Shown here: piece by piece, positions 63,352 through 64,000 of the stretch
How positions within the stretch are numbered: the stretch's first letter is position 1
Layout of the letters: each line of letters opens with the position of its first letter
Assembly: GCA_025449535.1 (NCBI GenBank)
Contig: JANWJF010000001.1
Coordinates: forward strand, 677,136-741,135
Source of the DNA: Candidatus Saccharimonadia bacterium
Lineage (GTDB): Bacteria > Patescibacteriota > SICC01
Direction: 5' to 3'
DNA length: 64,000 bases
Made by a program: the position numbers and the translations under genes
Notes under the pieces: generated by a model
The model's database searches: none
Told to the model about the DNA's origin: nothing
What the model saw: the letters and a program-made list of their open reading frames with translations, nothing else

Positions 63352-64000
63352 ATGGCAAATTCCTCAACCAAGGCGGATTCCGAGAAGGACGCGCGTATCG
63401 CGCGGCTGATCGACCGTGGCACGGACACGATCTACCCGTCGCGTGAAGCGCTCCTGAAGCTGCTGCAAGGCAAGCGCAAGCTCAAGGTATACCTCGGGAT
63501 GGACCCGACCTCGCCGGACCTGCACATCGGGCATCTGATCGTGCTGCAGAAGATGCGGCACTTCCAGGAGCTCGGCCACGAGGTGATCCTGGTATTCGGG
63601 GACTTCACGGCCCGGACCGGCGACCCCACCGACAAGCAGGCGACCCGGAAGCCGCTGACCAAGACCCAGGTGGTCCGGAACGCCCGGGCGTACAAACGCC
63701 AGGTGAAGGCCTTCCTCAAGTTCCGCGGCGCCAACCCGGCTCGGGTCGAGTTCAACTCGAGCTGGCTGGAGCCGATGGACTTCGCCGACGTCGCCGAGCT
63801 GGCACAGCACTTCACCGTACAGCAGCTGTTGGAGCGCGACATGTTCGAACGCCGGATGAACCAGAACAAGCCGATCAGCCTCCGGGAGTTCCTCTACCCG
63901 CTGATGCAGGGATACGACTCGGTGGCCCTGAACGTGGACGTGGAAGTCGGCGCCACCGACCAGACTTACAACATGCTGCAGGGCCGGAAGCTCCTCAAGG
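63352..64000 (+). CDS. tyrS: tyrosine--tRNA ligase, N-terminal part
   Basis: YLGMDPTSPDLHIGH, GDFTARTGDPT, EFLYPLMQGYDS, GATDQTYN. Confidence 0.97.
   Translation, partial: MANSSTKADSEKDARIARLIDRGTDTIYPSREALLKLLQGKRKLKVYLGMDPTSPDLHIGHLIVLQKMRHFQELGHEVILVFGDFTARTGDPTDKQATRKPLTKTQVVRNARAYKRQVKAFLKFRGANPARVEFNSSWLEPMDFADVAELAQHFTVQQLLERDMFERRMNQNKPISLREFLYPLMQGYDSVALNVDVEVGATDQTYNMLQGRKLLK

Overview
A GC-rich bacterial chromosome segment that is mostly housekeeping genes: trxA/trxB, leuS, rpmF-nusB-rnc-smc, rpsP-khpA-trmD, uvrB/uvrA/uvrC, ligA, gatCAB, dnaE, rplS-rnhB-yraN-nusA, clpC, tgt, ppa, mpg, a class A PBP, partial tyrS, and 8 standard tRNAs. Gene order, a short SMC, a DUF5665-like gene, no rimM beside trmD and almost no biosynthesis genes suggest Patescibacteria/CPR (inference). 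The unusual content is non-coding or accessory. (1) A serine-type tRNA with an amber (CUA) anticodon lies inside a ~750-nt heavily base-paired transcription unit between khpA and trmD, although TAG is clearly a normal stop here. (2) Two actinobacterial-type IHF (mIHF) paralogues each have 5' and 3' UTRs that are complementary around the ORF and share a post-stop hairpin. (3) A fixed-geometry, sequence-variable double-hairpin element follows three tRNA 3' ends. (4) A ~100-bp D-loop insertion with 5' duplication occurs at two tRNAs. (5) Two further ~370-nt structured ncRNA candidates are present. (6) A 2-kb low-GC island at tRNA-Ala carries a PIN gene behind a poly-C promoter. All calls were made by eye from motifs; no searches or folding programs were run.
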